From Squalus acanthias (lineage: Eukaryota), in the NCBI GenBank assembly GCA_030390025.1, contig CM059432.1:152584001-152648000 (forward strand): a stretch of 64,000 nt of DNA, given 5' to 3'. Below, one piece after another: positions 35,930 to 49,138 of the stretch. Position numbers and translations under genes: made by a program. Numbering within the stretch: the stretch's first letter is position 1; the number at the start of each line of letters is the position of its first letter. The notes beneath the pieces are model-generated. The model searched no databases, was not told the origin of the DNA, and saw only the letters and a list, made by a program, of their open reading frames with translations.

Positions 35930-38900
35930 CGGACCAAACGGGCAGTGATCGCTCCTTGGCAGCCTCCTTTTGTGCAGTACCATTTTAAGCTGCAGGTAAT
36001 TTGCTGGCAGGGTCTCCTTTGGGAGACAACATCTGTCAATGGAGGTACATTACCTCTCTGCAGATGTGGGGCTGCAGGTGCTGATGGGAGGCATGGAACA
36101 ACTCTTGGGCAGCCTGGCAGCCCCACCACAAATCCTCTTCCTCCGAACGCATCAGCTCAGAGGATTCCTGCTGGCGAACCCTTTGATGCCAACGAATGAA
36201 GCCAGGGCCAAATAAAACTAAATATAACTAGAACAATGGCTCATGAAAGCCTAAGTGCCAACAGGAAAAATATTCCCCCCAAAAAACCCCGAAGGATCTT
36301 TTAAAAGAGCTGAAACACTTCTCTTCAATATCTGCAGGCTTTTTAATGATCCTCCTGCCTGGTTTCCATGTGGCAGTGGGGAAGGGGCTGGTTGCAGTAG
36401 GACAGTGGTACAGCCCCCAGGGAGTTTGAGCCTCTATGTCCAGTACCGTACTGTCCTTCCTCACTTCCCATTTTGAATAGGTAGATTAAACTCCCGCCAG
36501 CTTCAAACAGGATTTTCTTGCACCTGTCCCAGGCCTGAACACAAGACAGCGCAAAACCAGTGGGAATCGGGCTGAATGGATTTCTGCTGGACTTCCCAGC
36601 CGCTACCATCTGTTTGTGCCAAAATCGGGGCACTGAGCACCCCGCAAAGGGCCTCTCGCTTATGGAAGGGAAGGGAAGGCTGAGAATTGACCATGCTGAC
36701 CTCCATGCCCGATCTGTCCTCCTGTCAAGCAAGACTTTCCACCAGGAGCACTAGTTTGTAAAATTTATCCCTTGATCTGATATAATTGAACATCACCTTG
36801 GTACCTAGGTGCAATAAGCAGGTGGTGGAATGAGTTTATTGGTTCAATGAACCAATCACACACCCGCCAGCACTGGTCTGCTGCTGTGTTGTCACGAGGC
36901 TTGCTACCAACACACCAGAGGAATAGGCACACTCGAGCCGACACCCTTTAATGGTACCTTTCCTGTGTGAGGCTCTTAATTCAAACTGCTGTCCCTACTA
37001 CTACCACCAGTGAGAAGCCATCAGTACTTCAGTTTAAAATTGCTCTCCAGACAGATTACGGGTATTTTAACAGTTGAACTGGGCATCGTACGAACATTTC
37101 ACCTGTTCATTAAGCACTACTCAAATAATGGTGTATAGTAGCTTCGCCATTATTTTTTGCTCATTAAAATTAAGAACCAATAAAACTGGAAACTTGGGAG
37201 GGCTGCGAATCGGATGCGCCAACCTCCACATCTGAAGATACAATCTGTCTCGGACCATGTTTTCAGAATCCTCAAAGGGGAAGGGGAACAATCACAAGTC
37301 GTGGTACACATCGGTACCAACGACATAGGTAGGAGAAGGGACGGGGATTTAAAACAGGAATTTAGGGAGCTAGGTTGGAAGCTGAGAGCCAGTACAAACC
37401 ATGTTGTAATTTCTGGTTTGTTGCCGGTGCCACGTGCTAGCGAGTTGAGGAACAGGGAGAGAGTGCAGATAAACACGTGGCTGCAGGGATGGTGTAAGGG
37501 GGAGGGTTTCAGTTATGTGGATAATTGGAGCACATTCTGGGGAAGGTGGGACCTGTACAAACAGGACGGTTTGCACCTGAACCAGAGGGGCACCAATATC
37601 CTGGGAGGGAAATTTGCTACGGCTCTTCGGGGGGGTTTAAACTAATTTGTCAGGGGGATGGGAAAAAGGGCTGTAGTCCACGAGCCAGTGGTGAGTGTAG
37701 GGAGGTACTGAGGAGGGTATCAAGGTCGCAGGAATGTACCGGCAGACAGGAAGATGGCTTGAAGTGTGTCTACTTCAATGCAAGGAGCATCCGGAATAAG
37801 GTAGGAGAACTTGGAGCGTGGATTGGTACTTGGGACTACGATGTGGTGGCCATTACGGAGACATGGTTAGAACAGGGACAGGAATGGTTGTTGGAAGTTC
37901 CGGGGTATAGATGTTTCAGTAAGAGTAGGGAAGTTGGTAAGAAAGGTGGAGGAGTAGCATTGTTAATCAAGGATAGTTTAACAGCGGCAGAAAGGCAGTT
38001 TGAGGGGGATCTGCCGTCTGAGGTAATATGGGCTGAAGTTAGAAATAGGAAAGGAGCGGTCACGTTGTTAGGAGTTTTCTACAGGCCCCCAAATAGTAAT
38101 AAAGATGTGGAGGAAGAAATTGCAAAGCAGATTATGAATAGGTGTGGAGGTCACAGAGTGGTTGTCATGGGTGACTTCAACTTTCCAAATATTGATTGGA
38201 ACCTTTATAGGTCAAACAGTTCGGATGGGATAGTTTTTGCACAGTGTGTGCAGGAGGGTTTCCTGACACAATATGTGGATAGGCCGACAAGAGGTGGGGC
38301 CACGTTGGATTTGGTACTGGGTAATGAACCGGGCCAAGTGTTTGATTTGTATGTGGGAGAGCACTTTGGAGATAGTGACCACAATTCGGTAACTTTCACT
38401 ATTGCAATGGAGAGGGATAGGGCCATACGGCAGGGCAGGGTTTATAATTGGGGGAGGGGTAATTATGATGCGATTAGGCAAGAATTAGGGAGTATAAGAT
38501 GGGAACAGAAACTATCAGGGAAAGGCACAAACGAAAAGTGGAGCTTTTTCATGGAGCAACTACTGTCAGGCAGGGAGGAAATGGCCGAGTGAGAGAACCA
38601 TGGTTCACAAAAGAGGTTGAATGTCTAGTCAAGAGGAAAAAGGAAGCGTATGTAAGGATGAGAAAACAAGGTTCAGTTGGGTCGATTGAGGGGTACAAGG
38701 TAGCAAGGAATGAGCTAAAAAAAGAGCTTAGGAGAGCTAGGAGGGGGCATGAGAAGTCCTTGGCGGGTCGGATCAAGAAAAACCCCAAGGCTTTTTACTC
38801 TTATGTGAGAAATAAAAGAATGACCAGGGTGAGGGTAGGGCCGGTCAAGGACAGTAGTGGGAACTTGTGCATGGAGTCAGAAGAGATAGGAGAGGTGATG

Positions 38901-39541
38901 AATGAATACTTTTCGTCAGTGTTCACCGAGGAGAGGGGCCATGTTCTTGAGGATGAGAGTGTGATAAAGGTGGATAGGCTGGAGGTGGTAGATGTTCTGA
39001 GGGAAGATGTTTTAGCAATTTTGAAGAACCTGAGGGTCGATAAGTCCCCTGGGCCAGATGGGATATATCCTAGGATTCTTTGGGAGGCAAGGGAGGAGAT
39101 TGCAGAGTCTTAGGCTTTGATCTTTGGGTCCTCACTGTCCACGGGGATGGTGCCAGAGGACTGGAGAGTGGCGAATGTTGTTCCTCTCTTCAAGAAAGGA
39201 AATAGGAATGACCCTGGTAATTATAGGCCGGTTAGTCTTACTTCGGTGGTTGGTAAGATAATGGAAAAGGTCCTGAGGGATAGGATTTATGACCATTTGG
39301 AAAGGGGCAACTTAATCAGGGATAGTCAACACGGATTCGTAGTCTTGCCTAACAAATTTGATTGAATTCTTTGAGGAGATAACTAAGTGTGTAGATGAAG
39401 GTAGAGCAGTTGATGTCGTATACATGGATTTTAGTAAGGCGTTTGATAAGGTTCCCCATGGTCGTCTCATGAAGAAAATAAGGAGTTGTGGGATAGAGGG
39501 AAATTTGGCCGATTGGATAAGTAACTGGCTATCTCATAGAA

Positions 39542-39755
39542 TTGAGAGGTCGCACAACACCAGGTTATAGTCCAACAGTTTTATTTGAAATCACAAGCTT
39601 TCGGAGCTATCGATTGCTCCTTCCTTCACCTGAGGAAGGAGCAATCGATAGCTCCGAAAGCTTGTGATTTCAAATAAAACTGTTGGACTATAACCTGGTG
39701 TTGTGCGACCTCTCAATTTTGTCCACCCCAGTCCAACACCGGCATCTCCGCATCA
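39542..39755 (+). mobile_element. Penelope-type short insertion: 86-bp perfect inverted repeat plus tail
   Basis: Arms 39540-39625 and 39633-39718. 12-bp TSD TATCTCATAGAA at 39530-39541 and 39756-39767; removal restores CR1 NWLSHRRQRV. Confidence 0.85.
39626..39667 (+). ncRNA. Minimal type I hammerhead ribozyme motif
   Basis: TCAC-CTGAGGA-A-GGAGC(AATCGATA)GCTCC-GAAA-GC-TT-GTGA: core boxes, stem II, palindromic stem III and a 4-bp stem I. Confidence 0.65.
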
Positions 39756-41574
39756 TATCTCATAGAAGGCAGAGGGTGGTGGTGGATGGAACATTTTCGG
39801 ACTGGAGACCAGTTACCAGCGGTGTGCCACAGGGGTCGGTGCTGGGTCCTCTGCTGTTTGTGATTTTTATCAATGACTTGGAGGAGGGGACTGAAGGGTG
39901 GATCAGTAAATTTGCTGATGACACCAAGATTGGTGGAGTAGTGGATGAGGTGGAGGGCAGTTGTAGGCTGCAAAGAGACATTGATAGGATGCAGAGCTGG
40001 GCCGAAAAATGGCAGATGGAATTTAACCCTGATAAGTGCGAGGTGATTCATTTTGGTAGGGCAAATTTGAATAAGGATTACAGGGTCAACGGCAGGGTTC
40101 TGAGGAACGTGGAGGAGCAGAGGGATCTGGGGGTTCATATCCACAGATCTCTGAAGGTTGCCACTCAAGTGGATAGAGCAGTAAAGAAGGCCTATGGTGT
40201 GTTGGCGTTTATTAACAGAGGGTTTGAGTTTAAGAACCGTGAGGTTATGCTGCAACTGTACAGGACCTTGGTGAGACCACATTTGGAATATTGTGTGCAG
40301 TTCTGGTCACCTCACTATAGGAAGGACGTAGAAGCATTGGAAAGAGTGCAAAGGAGATTTACCAGGATGCTGCCTGGTTTGGGGGGGAGGTCTTATGAGG
40401 AAAGATTGAGGGAGTTGGGGCTTTTCTCTTTAGAGCGGAGGAGGATGAGAGGCGACTTAATAGAGGTTTATAAGATGATGAGGGGGATAGATAGAGTGGA
40501 TGTTCAGAGACTATTTCCTCGGGTAGAGGCAGCTGTTACAAGGGGGCATAACTATAAGGTGCATGGGGGGAGATATAGAAGGGATGTCCGAGGTAGATTC
40601 TTTACTCAGAGAGTGGTTGGGGTGTGGAATGGACTGCCTGCTGTGATAGTGGAGTCGGACACTTTAGGAACTTTCAAGCGGTTATTGGATAAGCACATGG
40701 AGCACACCAGAGTGATAGGGAGTGTGATAGCTTGATCTTGGTCTCGGACAATGCTCGGCACAACATCGAGGGCCGAAGGGCCTGTACTGTGCTGTACTGT
40801 TCTATGTTCTATGTTCTATGCCCTCCCATTGAACGAGTCTTTGTACCGGGATTCATAACTAGTAAAAACTTAGCCCCAAATCCTGACTTCCTGTTCACGA
40901 TGACATGGAAAGATGTCTTGTGTGGCAGTATCCTGGTCTATATGTAAATTGTCACTAAGACCCTATTGTACTGCACATATAACAAGCAAAAGGACATCTG
41001 TTGTGAGCCAGCTACGTCAGGTTAGGTGCCATATTTTTCTTGGTCTTCAGCTACTGCATAGAACAAGATTCTCTGAAAAACCATGACATCTCGGTTGTGT
41101 GCAAGTGCTTGCAGCTGAACAAAGGCACACGTCTGGAAGGAGAAGGCAATGAATCTCCATTCAAAGGTTGTGCATGTAAAAAGTTCAACTTTTAAATGAT
41201 CACAGATGATCTCTTACCCGAGTTTGATAGTGACTTAACAACTGCGGCTTTTCGATAATATCATTGCTTTATTTCCGATGTGCTGGTAAAGCAGTCATTT
41301 CCCCTGGGCTGACAGAAGCTCCATTGTAAGGCAGAGGAACTCGAAGCTTGATGAAGATCTGCTCTTTAACAAACTGATGTTCCTATTTTAATAAGTTCCT
41401 GTGAGTTGCACTGAAATTTTACTCTGTGTTTCGTTTCAGATTAGTTGTCCTGTATTTCTACAGTCTTATTGTTGAATGAATCCTGGTTTTGTTGGTTGTT
41501 TGTGATTAATATATGATTGATCTCCCATGGCTTTGCACACGGGTAGTTAAGGTCAATTTGTATTTTTCATGCCA

Positions 41575-41810
41575 AACAGGGGGGATGGACAGCAGGAGGA
41601 GGCAAATGGGGGCGAGGAGAGAAGATGGAGAAGCGGAAAGACAGGGACAGGGAAGGGGAGTGGGCAAGTGAGTGGGGAGGGGAAGGGCAGAAGAGGAGAG
41701 ACGGAGAAGTTTGTGGGAGAGGGGGGAAGAGGGAGAAGACAGTGGGAAAAGAGGGAAGGGAAAAGACGGTGGGAAGGGAGAGAGGGGGGAGAGAGAGGAA
41801 GGAAGTGCTG
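41575..41810. repeat. GA-rich polypurine low-complexity tract
   Basis: Composition. Confidence 0.8.
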
Positions 41811-41974
41811 AGGTGGGAATTCAAATTAGCAGGAGTAGAGGGATTGAGGCTTGAGGCTTGTATTGCCAACCATGGAAGGAGAAATATAACTTGTGCATGG
41901 GAAATGCAGTCTGGTAGGAGAATGCCAATGTAAAAGAGGAAATGAAATGGGGTAGAAGTAGTCTGTGAGGAGAA

Positions 41975-42548
41975 CCTTGTTACCTCTTTGTTACCTCTAG
42001 ACTTGATTATTCCAACGCACTCCTGGCTGGCCTCCCATCTTCTACCCTACGTAAATATGAGGTCATCCAAAACTCTGCTGCCCGTGTCCTAAGTTGCAGC
42101 AGGTCCTGTTCATCCATCACCCCTGTGCTCGCTGACCTACATTGGCTCCCGGTTAAACAATACTTTGATTTAAAATTTCTCATCCTTGTTTTCAAATACC
42201 TGCATGGCCTCGCCCCTCCCTATCTCTGTAACCTCCTCCAGCCCCACAACCCTCCGAGATCTCTGCGCTCCTCCAATTCTGGCCTCTTGAGCATCCCCGA
42301 TTTTAATCGCTCCACCATTAGCGGCCGTGCCTTCAGCTGCCAAGGCCCTAAGCTCTGGACTTCCCTCTCTAAACCTCTCCACCTCTCTACCTCTCTTTCC
42401 TCCTTTACGACGCTCCTTAAAACCTACCTCTTTGACCATCTGCCCTAATATGAGGCTCGGTGTCAAATTTTGTTTGATAACGTTCCTGTGAAGTGCCTTG
42501 GGACGTTTTACTATGTTTAAGCCACTATATAGATACAAGTTGTAGTGG
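41975..42548 (+). mobile_element. L2-clade LINE 3' end
   Basis: Encodes VTSRLDYSNALLAG...QNSAARVL...PVLADLHWLPV...LKTYLF. 11-bp tandem duplication ttgttacctct at its start. Confidence 0.85.
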
Positions 42549-43267
42549 TAGTAGTGTTGGGGCATTGTCCTTTGTGGAGTATTAGAGAGGAGCTGTTAAT
42601 TAGCAGTTTTGTGGACTTTGTTGATGGGTCCAGAGTTCCAGGTGGTCCCTTTCTGACATTTCACCTATACTACTTCCTCTTCTCCAGGATGCAGAAAACT
42701 ACCCCACTCCCACCCCCACTCCATAACTGCTAATCCCAACCAACACACTTCCACCCTCTGTACCACGGTTGCTTTCAGATCAAAAGACCCCAAAGAAGCG
42801 ATGGAAAGTGGTAAGGAGGCAGACTACCACCTGAACTTAATAATGCACTCAACGTTTAGTCCGCACCTTCTGCGCCTCTACCGGGGGGTGGGGGTGACGA
42901 CGACGAATGCTGGAGGATCTGTGGCCAGATGTGCACACGGCTGCGCACATTTGTTCCTGCCCTACCTCATTCAGTCAAGCTGGGCAGCAGTCCATAAAGT
43001 CATAGAGAGCACGAAGTGGATCATAAGATATGAGATCGTGCCTGCTGGGCCCGACCCTCGGTGTGTGAGTTCCTCCTGGCAACAGACAGGCTAGAATTGG
43101 AGACACAGCTGGTTACAGTGGAATCTTTAACTGTGGCAGAACACAACCTTCCCCAGTTGCTTTCTTTTGTGACCCATTCTGCATTCAAGTGTTGGTTGTT
43201 GGATTTTAGCTTTGGTTTTAGTGGATTATTTTGTGAGGCAGATGTGGATTTTCTGTTGTGGTTCCTT

Positions 43268-43513
43268 AATAAGAACATAAGACGTAGGAGCAGGAGTAGG
43301 TCATTTGGCCCCTCGAGCCTGCTCCGCCATTCAATAAGATCATGGCTGATCTGAACTTGGCCTCAACTCCACTTCCCTGCCCGCTCCCTATAACCTTTGA
43401 CTCCCTTACCATTCAAAAATCTGTCTACCTCCACCTTAAATATATTCAATGACCCAGCCTCCACAGCTCCCTGGGGAAGAGAATTCCAAAGATTCACGAC
43501 CCTCTGAGAGAAG
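43268..43513 (-). mobile_element. Short CR1 3' fragment
   Basis: SQRVVNLWNSLPQ...AGKWS, followed by 3' UTR and tail. Confidence 0.9.
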
Positions 43514-44779
43514 TGTTTTCGTGGGCTTAGTTTTCTTGGTTGGTATTCTCCATCTTTGAGCAGTTGAAACTCACATCCTCGTACGTTGGCAAAGTTTGTT
43601 TTCAGTTTTGCTTTTTTGTTGTCCAAGGCTAGGATTTCCAAACCAGTTTTGGATATTTCAGGGCATGGATTCAGAGAAAGAGCACATCTCGTCATTGGGA
43701 CAGTGCTGATAACCCATTGACTTGAAGCCCATTTTGATGCTATATTCCTCATTAGTTCTGACCCATCTTTCACTGATTGCAGATATGGGGAAATACTATC
43801 AATGTTACTTTATAAAGCAACATGAAATTTGCAACCAACAGAAAAGTAAGATTTGGGAATCCATGTTATGCCTATGGACTTGCCCGTTATTTGTACTGGT
43901 TTTTAATGTACCTTCTGTGGCGAGGTGCTTTTCAATTGCTTTGTTCATATGTGGTTTTGATTCTTTGTGGTTTATGGAAATCGAACAGTTGACCAAAAGA
44001 GGGTTTCATACATGATTTATGCCTTTGGGTCTAATCCACTAATCTTTCTAAATTTTTAAACGTGGGGTAGGCTTTAGGAATCTTTGCTCTTGCCGCAATG
44101 TCACTTGATGGGAAAGCATATCGGGAACTTGGACAATTTCCATCCGTTTATTTTAATGGATCTAAAATTGTGCAGAGCATATGAGCAGCACTCACATTCC
44201 CAATGTGCGCTTCCATCATGTGAAACTATATAGCAGGAGCACGAATTCAAAAAATATACCCTATCATCTCTTTTGACGATTGTGTTTATGACCAAAAAAA
44301 TCAAGTAATTTTGGTTCACTTGTTCAAAGTTATTTCATTTATGTAGGTTTTGACCATTGAAGGCGAGTCGTCACATGTCAATGCAATATGGTACAGTAAC
44401 AGCAGAAATGAAGCTTCAATACACTGAAGACAAGAACAACTGTGAAATCTTGGAGAATCCTCAGTGCCTTGAAATTAGTTTATTTGAATATTGGTGTACA
44501 ATGCTCGACGTGTTCATCTGAAAGCCTTTTACCTGTCATCACTCTTAATGGAGACGCTAACCAGCAGGTAGGAAGATGCCAAAGAGCCTAATTGATGAGG
44601 TTAGAAAAAGATTTTCAGCATCGTACTAAAGGATCATTCCAGTTTTATAACAGTATAAGAATAGTTGGAATTGTACAATTCTACAAGGTAAAGGTGGAGC
44701 TGAAACTGAAGAAGATAAAATAGTAAAAATGAATATTTTCCAGAAATATATATTCACTGAAGAGGATAACCTTAACTTG

Positions 44780-45551
44780 CAAACCAGCCCCCCCAACCCA
44801 ACCATCACATACCAGCCCCCCCAACCCAACCATCACATACCAGCCCCCCCAACCCAACCCAACCATTACAAACCAGCCCCCCAACCCAACCATCACATAC
44901 CAGCCCCCCCCAACCCAACCATCACATACCAGCCCCCCCCAACCCAACCATCACATACCAGCCCCCCCCAACCCAACCCAACCATTACAAACCAGCCCCC
45001 CAACCCAACCATCACATACCAGCCCCCCCAACCCAACCCAACCATCACAAACCAGCCCCCCCAACCCAACCATCACAAACCAGCCCCCCCAACCAACCAT
45101 CACAAACCACCCCCCACCCAACCATCACAAACCACCCCCCACCCAACCACCACAAACCAGCCCCCACCCAACCATCACAAACACCCCCCACCCAACCATC
45201 ACAAACCAGCCCCCCCACCCAACCATCACAAACCACCCCCCACCCAACCATCACAAACCAGCCCCCTCACCCAACCACCACAAACCAGCCCCCCCACCCA
45301 ACCATCACAAACCAGCCCCCCCCACCCAACCACCACAAACCAGCCCCCCCACCCAACCATCACAAACCAGCCCCCCCACCCAACCATCACAAACCAGCCC
45401 CCCCACCCAACCATCACAAACCACCCCCCACCCAACCACCACAAACCAGCCCCCCCACCCAACCATCACAAACCACCCCCCACCCAACCACCACAAACCA
45501 GCCCCCCCACCCAACCATCACAAACCAGCCCCCCCCACCCAACCACCACAT
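44780..45551. repeat. C/A-rich minisatellite, about 22-30-bp variable unit (CCAACCATCACAAACCAGCCCCCC)
   Basis: Direct reading; variable C-run lengths. Confidence 0.92.
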
Positions 45552-48500
45552 AAGGTACTCTTTCAACCCCAACAGTAAAGTACAGGAAACATGCCTTTTC
45601 TCGCCTGCCATCCCCTCGGCCTTGGTACTTTTCCACTGACCCCCCTCCCAGGCAGCGTAATGGAGACAAAAATATTAAAGATATTCAAAATGCAGCTTGA
45701 TGTTATAGTGGAAGAGTTAGGATACTAGAGGAAGGAGCTTTGATGGGCCAAACGTCCTGTTCTTGTCCTTAACTTATTTATATTATGAGGGTAATTTATC
45801 ATTAATCTTTGCTTGTTCAACCTCCACTTAGAGTGGGAGTGTACCAAAGTAAAGCAAAATTTTTCCAAGTCCCATATTTTTTGGGCCAACTTGGAGAACT
45901 ACCGTGCCAAAGTGCTTGTCATCTTGGGCTGCCAAGTCAAGACTATAAAAGCCGACTGCTCCATTCTTACAAATGGCCTCCAGAGGAACCCTCTACATTT
46001 TGGCCCAAGAAGTGGATACTGTGCAAATGGAATACGCTCCAACTTTCCTCAATGGTTCTCACGCCCCCCCCCACCTCTCTGAATAACATAAGGAGATACA
46101 ATCCACTACCTACTTTACAACCCTCTGCTCATTGTTCCCAAAAGACTCATACGACTACCCAAATTTATAAAACCTTTTCTTTGCCTATATATCTGTGCAA
46201 AACTGGGACTTTCTGGTGTAAGTCTTTTCTAAGCTTTCTCTTACTTTATGACTCCTCATAGACTGAGCATGTCTCTGCCCAAGCTGGGAATTGAAAATAA
46301 AACCAAAAAAATGCTTGACAGAAATAGACCAAATAAACTCAACAAAATAGCCGTCTACCCTACAAAGGAAAAGCTCCATGCTCGTGGTAGTTTCAGCTGC
46401 TGGGGGAAAAAAAGTGCTGGCACCTCAATGAAGTTGGTTTATTCTCACCAATAGAAAAACTGCAAAAAAAACCCTGAAATACAGGAAAATTAAATAAAGA
46501 AAATGCACTAAGAATGTGCAAATAGAGTTTGTCAAAAAAAATTACTAGCGAAGTCGTGGGGGAGTCATTTAGGAATAAAAAACTGGAAAAAAAAATATTC
46601 TGGGTGAAGAAAACAGCCGAGACCTACTGCTGATGATGGGAGATTAAAGAACTGAAAGTAAATCCTAGAGTAAGGCTGCTTGTAGGCAGTGAGTGAGGGG
46701 GAAAGATCACCTAATCTCTAACAGAGACAGCCTCTTAAAGGGAAGTGTCCCCAGGGCAATTTTCCCAGTGGATGACAGGAATATCCAGGTGGGTTGAATG
46801 AGTGCAGAAGAACAATGGTTAATTGCAGCGTACGTAGCGTCATTTGGTTTTTGGAACAAGTGAGAAGGGCTTATGTCCTAGCTACCAATTATAACCTGGC
46901 TCGGGTCGTGTCACTTGCCCGGCCCCTCAGCTGTGGAATGGTTTGTGCACAAATTCCCATAGACCCTGCTTTACAAAGTCATCGAAAACAGGGGGGAGAA
47001 CTATAAGGAAAAATAGAATTTAAAGAAAGCCAACAAAAAAAAATGTATCTAATTTTGCTACAGGAAGTGATAAAGCTGTAATCTAAACAAAGGGGAGCTG
47101 GTATCTCCTGAGAGTGGTTTCTGAACATCCTCTGAATTCCCAAGACTGTTCTAATCTCCAGCTTCCTCCAGCATATTAAACTTAGAGCAATAAGTGTCTT
47201 GCACTGATTGCAATCAGCAGTTTAGGATGTCTACAGAACCTCAAGATTTAATAATTGCCGACATACCAGCTATTGGTTCTCTCCCTTTGTCTCTCCATGT
47301 CTGTCTATCACTCTCTCATTGTCTATCATACTCTCTCACTCTCTCCATGTCTGTCTTTCTCTATTCTGATCTTTGTTTCTCCATCTACCCATCTACTATT
47401 TTTAAATAATGCATGGTTTTGACTTTTCATGTTAAGGTCATGTTGGAGTCTTTAATGCTGAGCTCGTCAAAATAGTTGGCTCTTTCGCTATTTTTGTTTC
47501 TTTGGTTAACCTTTTTTAAAATCTATTTTTTCCCCAAAATTTTTCTCCCTTGTTGAGGTGTTTTCTATGACTTTGTAAAGCAGGATCTATGGGAATCTGT
47601 GCACATAGCATTCTACAGATGAGAGGTCAGGCAAGTGACCTGGTCCTAGACATCTGGTAAAACCACTCTATATAATTGGTAACTAGGACATAAGCCATTC
47701 TTCTCCTCTCACTTTCCCAACCTCCCCTTTATGGGGAGCAAACTCGCTTCCACCTGCCACTTTCCTTGGGTGGCTTGACTGAAATCGGATATGGCGATCA
47801 CAGGCGCAGGCTGTAGTCATACCATGCATTGGCCACAGGGTTAGATTTTGCCCTGTGCTTTAATTAAAGGATACTTTATGCAGGTCTGTGATAGGATTTT
47901 AGTTTCCACGATTGTCGTATAACTCTCGAGTCACTAAGTTGTGCTCAGTGTCATGAATGGAAACTAGAAATCTACTGCACAGACCTGTGAGGGATTCTGT
48001 TGGGAACAGTTGTACCATGCAAGTGTTACAACAATTGAAATATTGCACACGGGATACTCGTAGTCCATGACGGTTTGTAGTTTTTATGCTGCCATTCCTC
48101 GCTCCTCCTCAAATGGTCCTGTTAAATTGAGCTTGATAGAACCACTTAGCTTGGTCTAATTGTTTTAATGTAGTGCTGAAGCTCTCTGAGGTAATGTACT
48201 GAGCGCAAAAAAATTCCCGTGCTTTTACTTGAATGCCTTGATCTCTAGTGTGATTTATCCACTGGGCTTTTTATTACCTTGTACAAGTCCTTTTCTTCAG
48301 AACCTTATCTGTAGCTGGTCATGCAATCAGAGTGTGCAATGGATCATTTGATTTTGTTTCACTCAATTGGATTAAACCCTCAAAACAGTCTTATTTTAAG
48401 AAGTCCTATTTAAATAATGATGCATAAATACTGCACTTGCAAGTTGTGGATTAGTTACTGGACCCTCGAGAGTCAGCAGTAAAAAATTACACCTTGGATG

Positions 48501-49138
48501 TGTTCATTGCTGGTGATTTATTTTTCTGTGTGTACCTGTTTCTAGATAATTTGCTTTCTTGCAAGGAAGTCAGGAGGTCATTCAGACAGCTGAGGCACCT
48601 GGTAAACTAGTGAAGTCATATTTGGAACTTCCCTGCAATTTGCATTTCACACTGATCCAATTTCACTGATCGGGGGTGGTTACCCTGGCTGAGAAATAGG
48701 CTTCTTGAAATCCAGACTCAGTTGCCAGCCTTCATTGTTGGCAACAGTGTGAGGAAGTGGCTTTATTGACGGTCTGAGGATAGCGGCTGTCTTTATCTGT
48801 GATTCCTCACATCACCTTTTTCATGACATCCATCAAATTCAACTTGTGTTCAGTAATCTTGCCAAAACAGGTTGCATTTTAAACGAACATGAATGGAACT
48901 TGTGACAGGGAGACAGACAGGACACGAAGAGTAAGTACTTATGATGACGAGATGGAGACTGTGTGGGGGAGACAGAGGATGAGTGTGTGACTGTGAGAGG
49001 TGGGGAGTTTGTGCGTGTGTGTGAGAAGGAGGGGAGAGCGTAGAAGAAGATAATGCACCAGGACTCACCAGGATCAGCACTACATTCAGTTGCTCTGCTT
49101 CATGGTAATTCCAAGAGAGGAAGCACCTTGTTGTTTTT

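Larger units (their letters stand above)
37241..40820 (+). mobile_element. CR1 LINE, 5'-truncated within ORF1: esterase, APE, RT, 3' UTR; internal deletions; Penelope-type insert
   Basis: ORFs 37214-37645 (HIGTND, DGLHLN), 37525-38592 (APE), 38499-39570 and 39683-40735 (RT). Tail (ATGTTCT)n. Confidence 0.96.

Noticed and set aside
41051..41170. Possible coding exon (YCIEQDSLKNHDISVVCKCLQ...)
   Set aside because: One open frame after an acceptor, but a poor donor and no recognisable homology.
44729..45553. 274-aa proline-rich extensin-like ORF
   Set aside because: It lies in a T-poor minisatellite that cannot form stops, and unit lengths vary out of frame.
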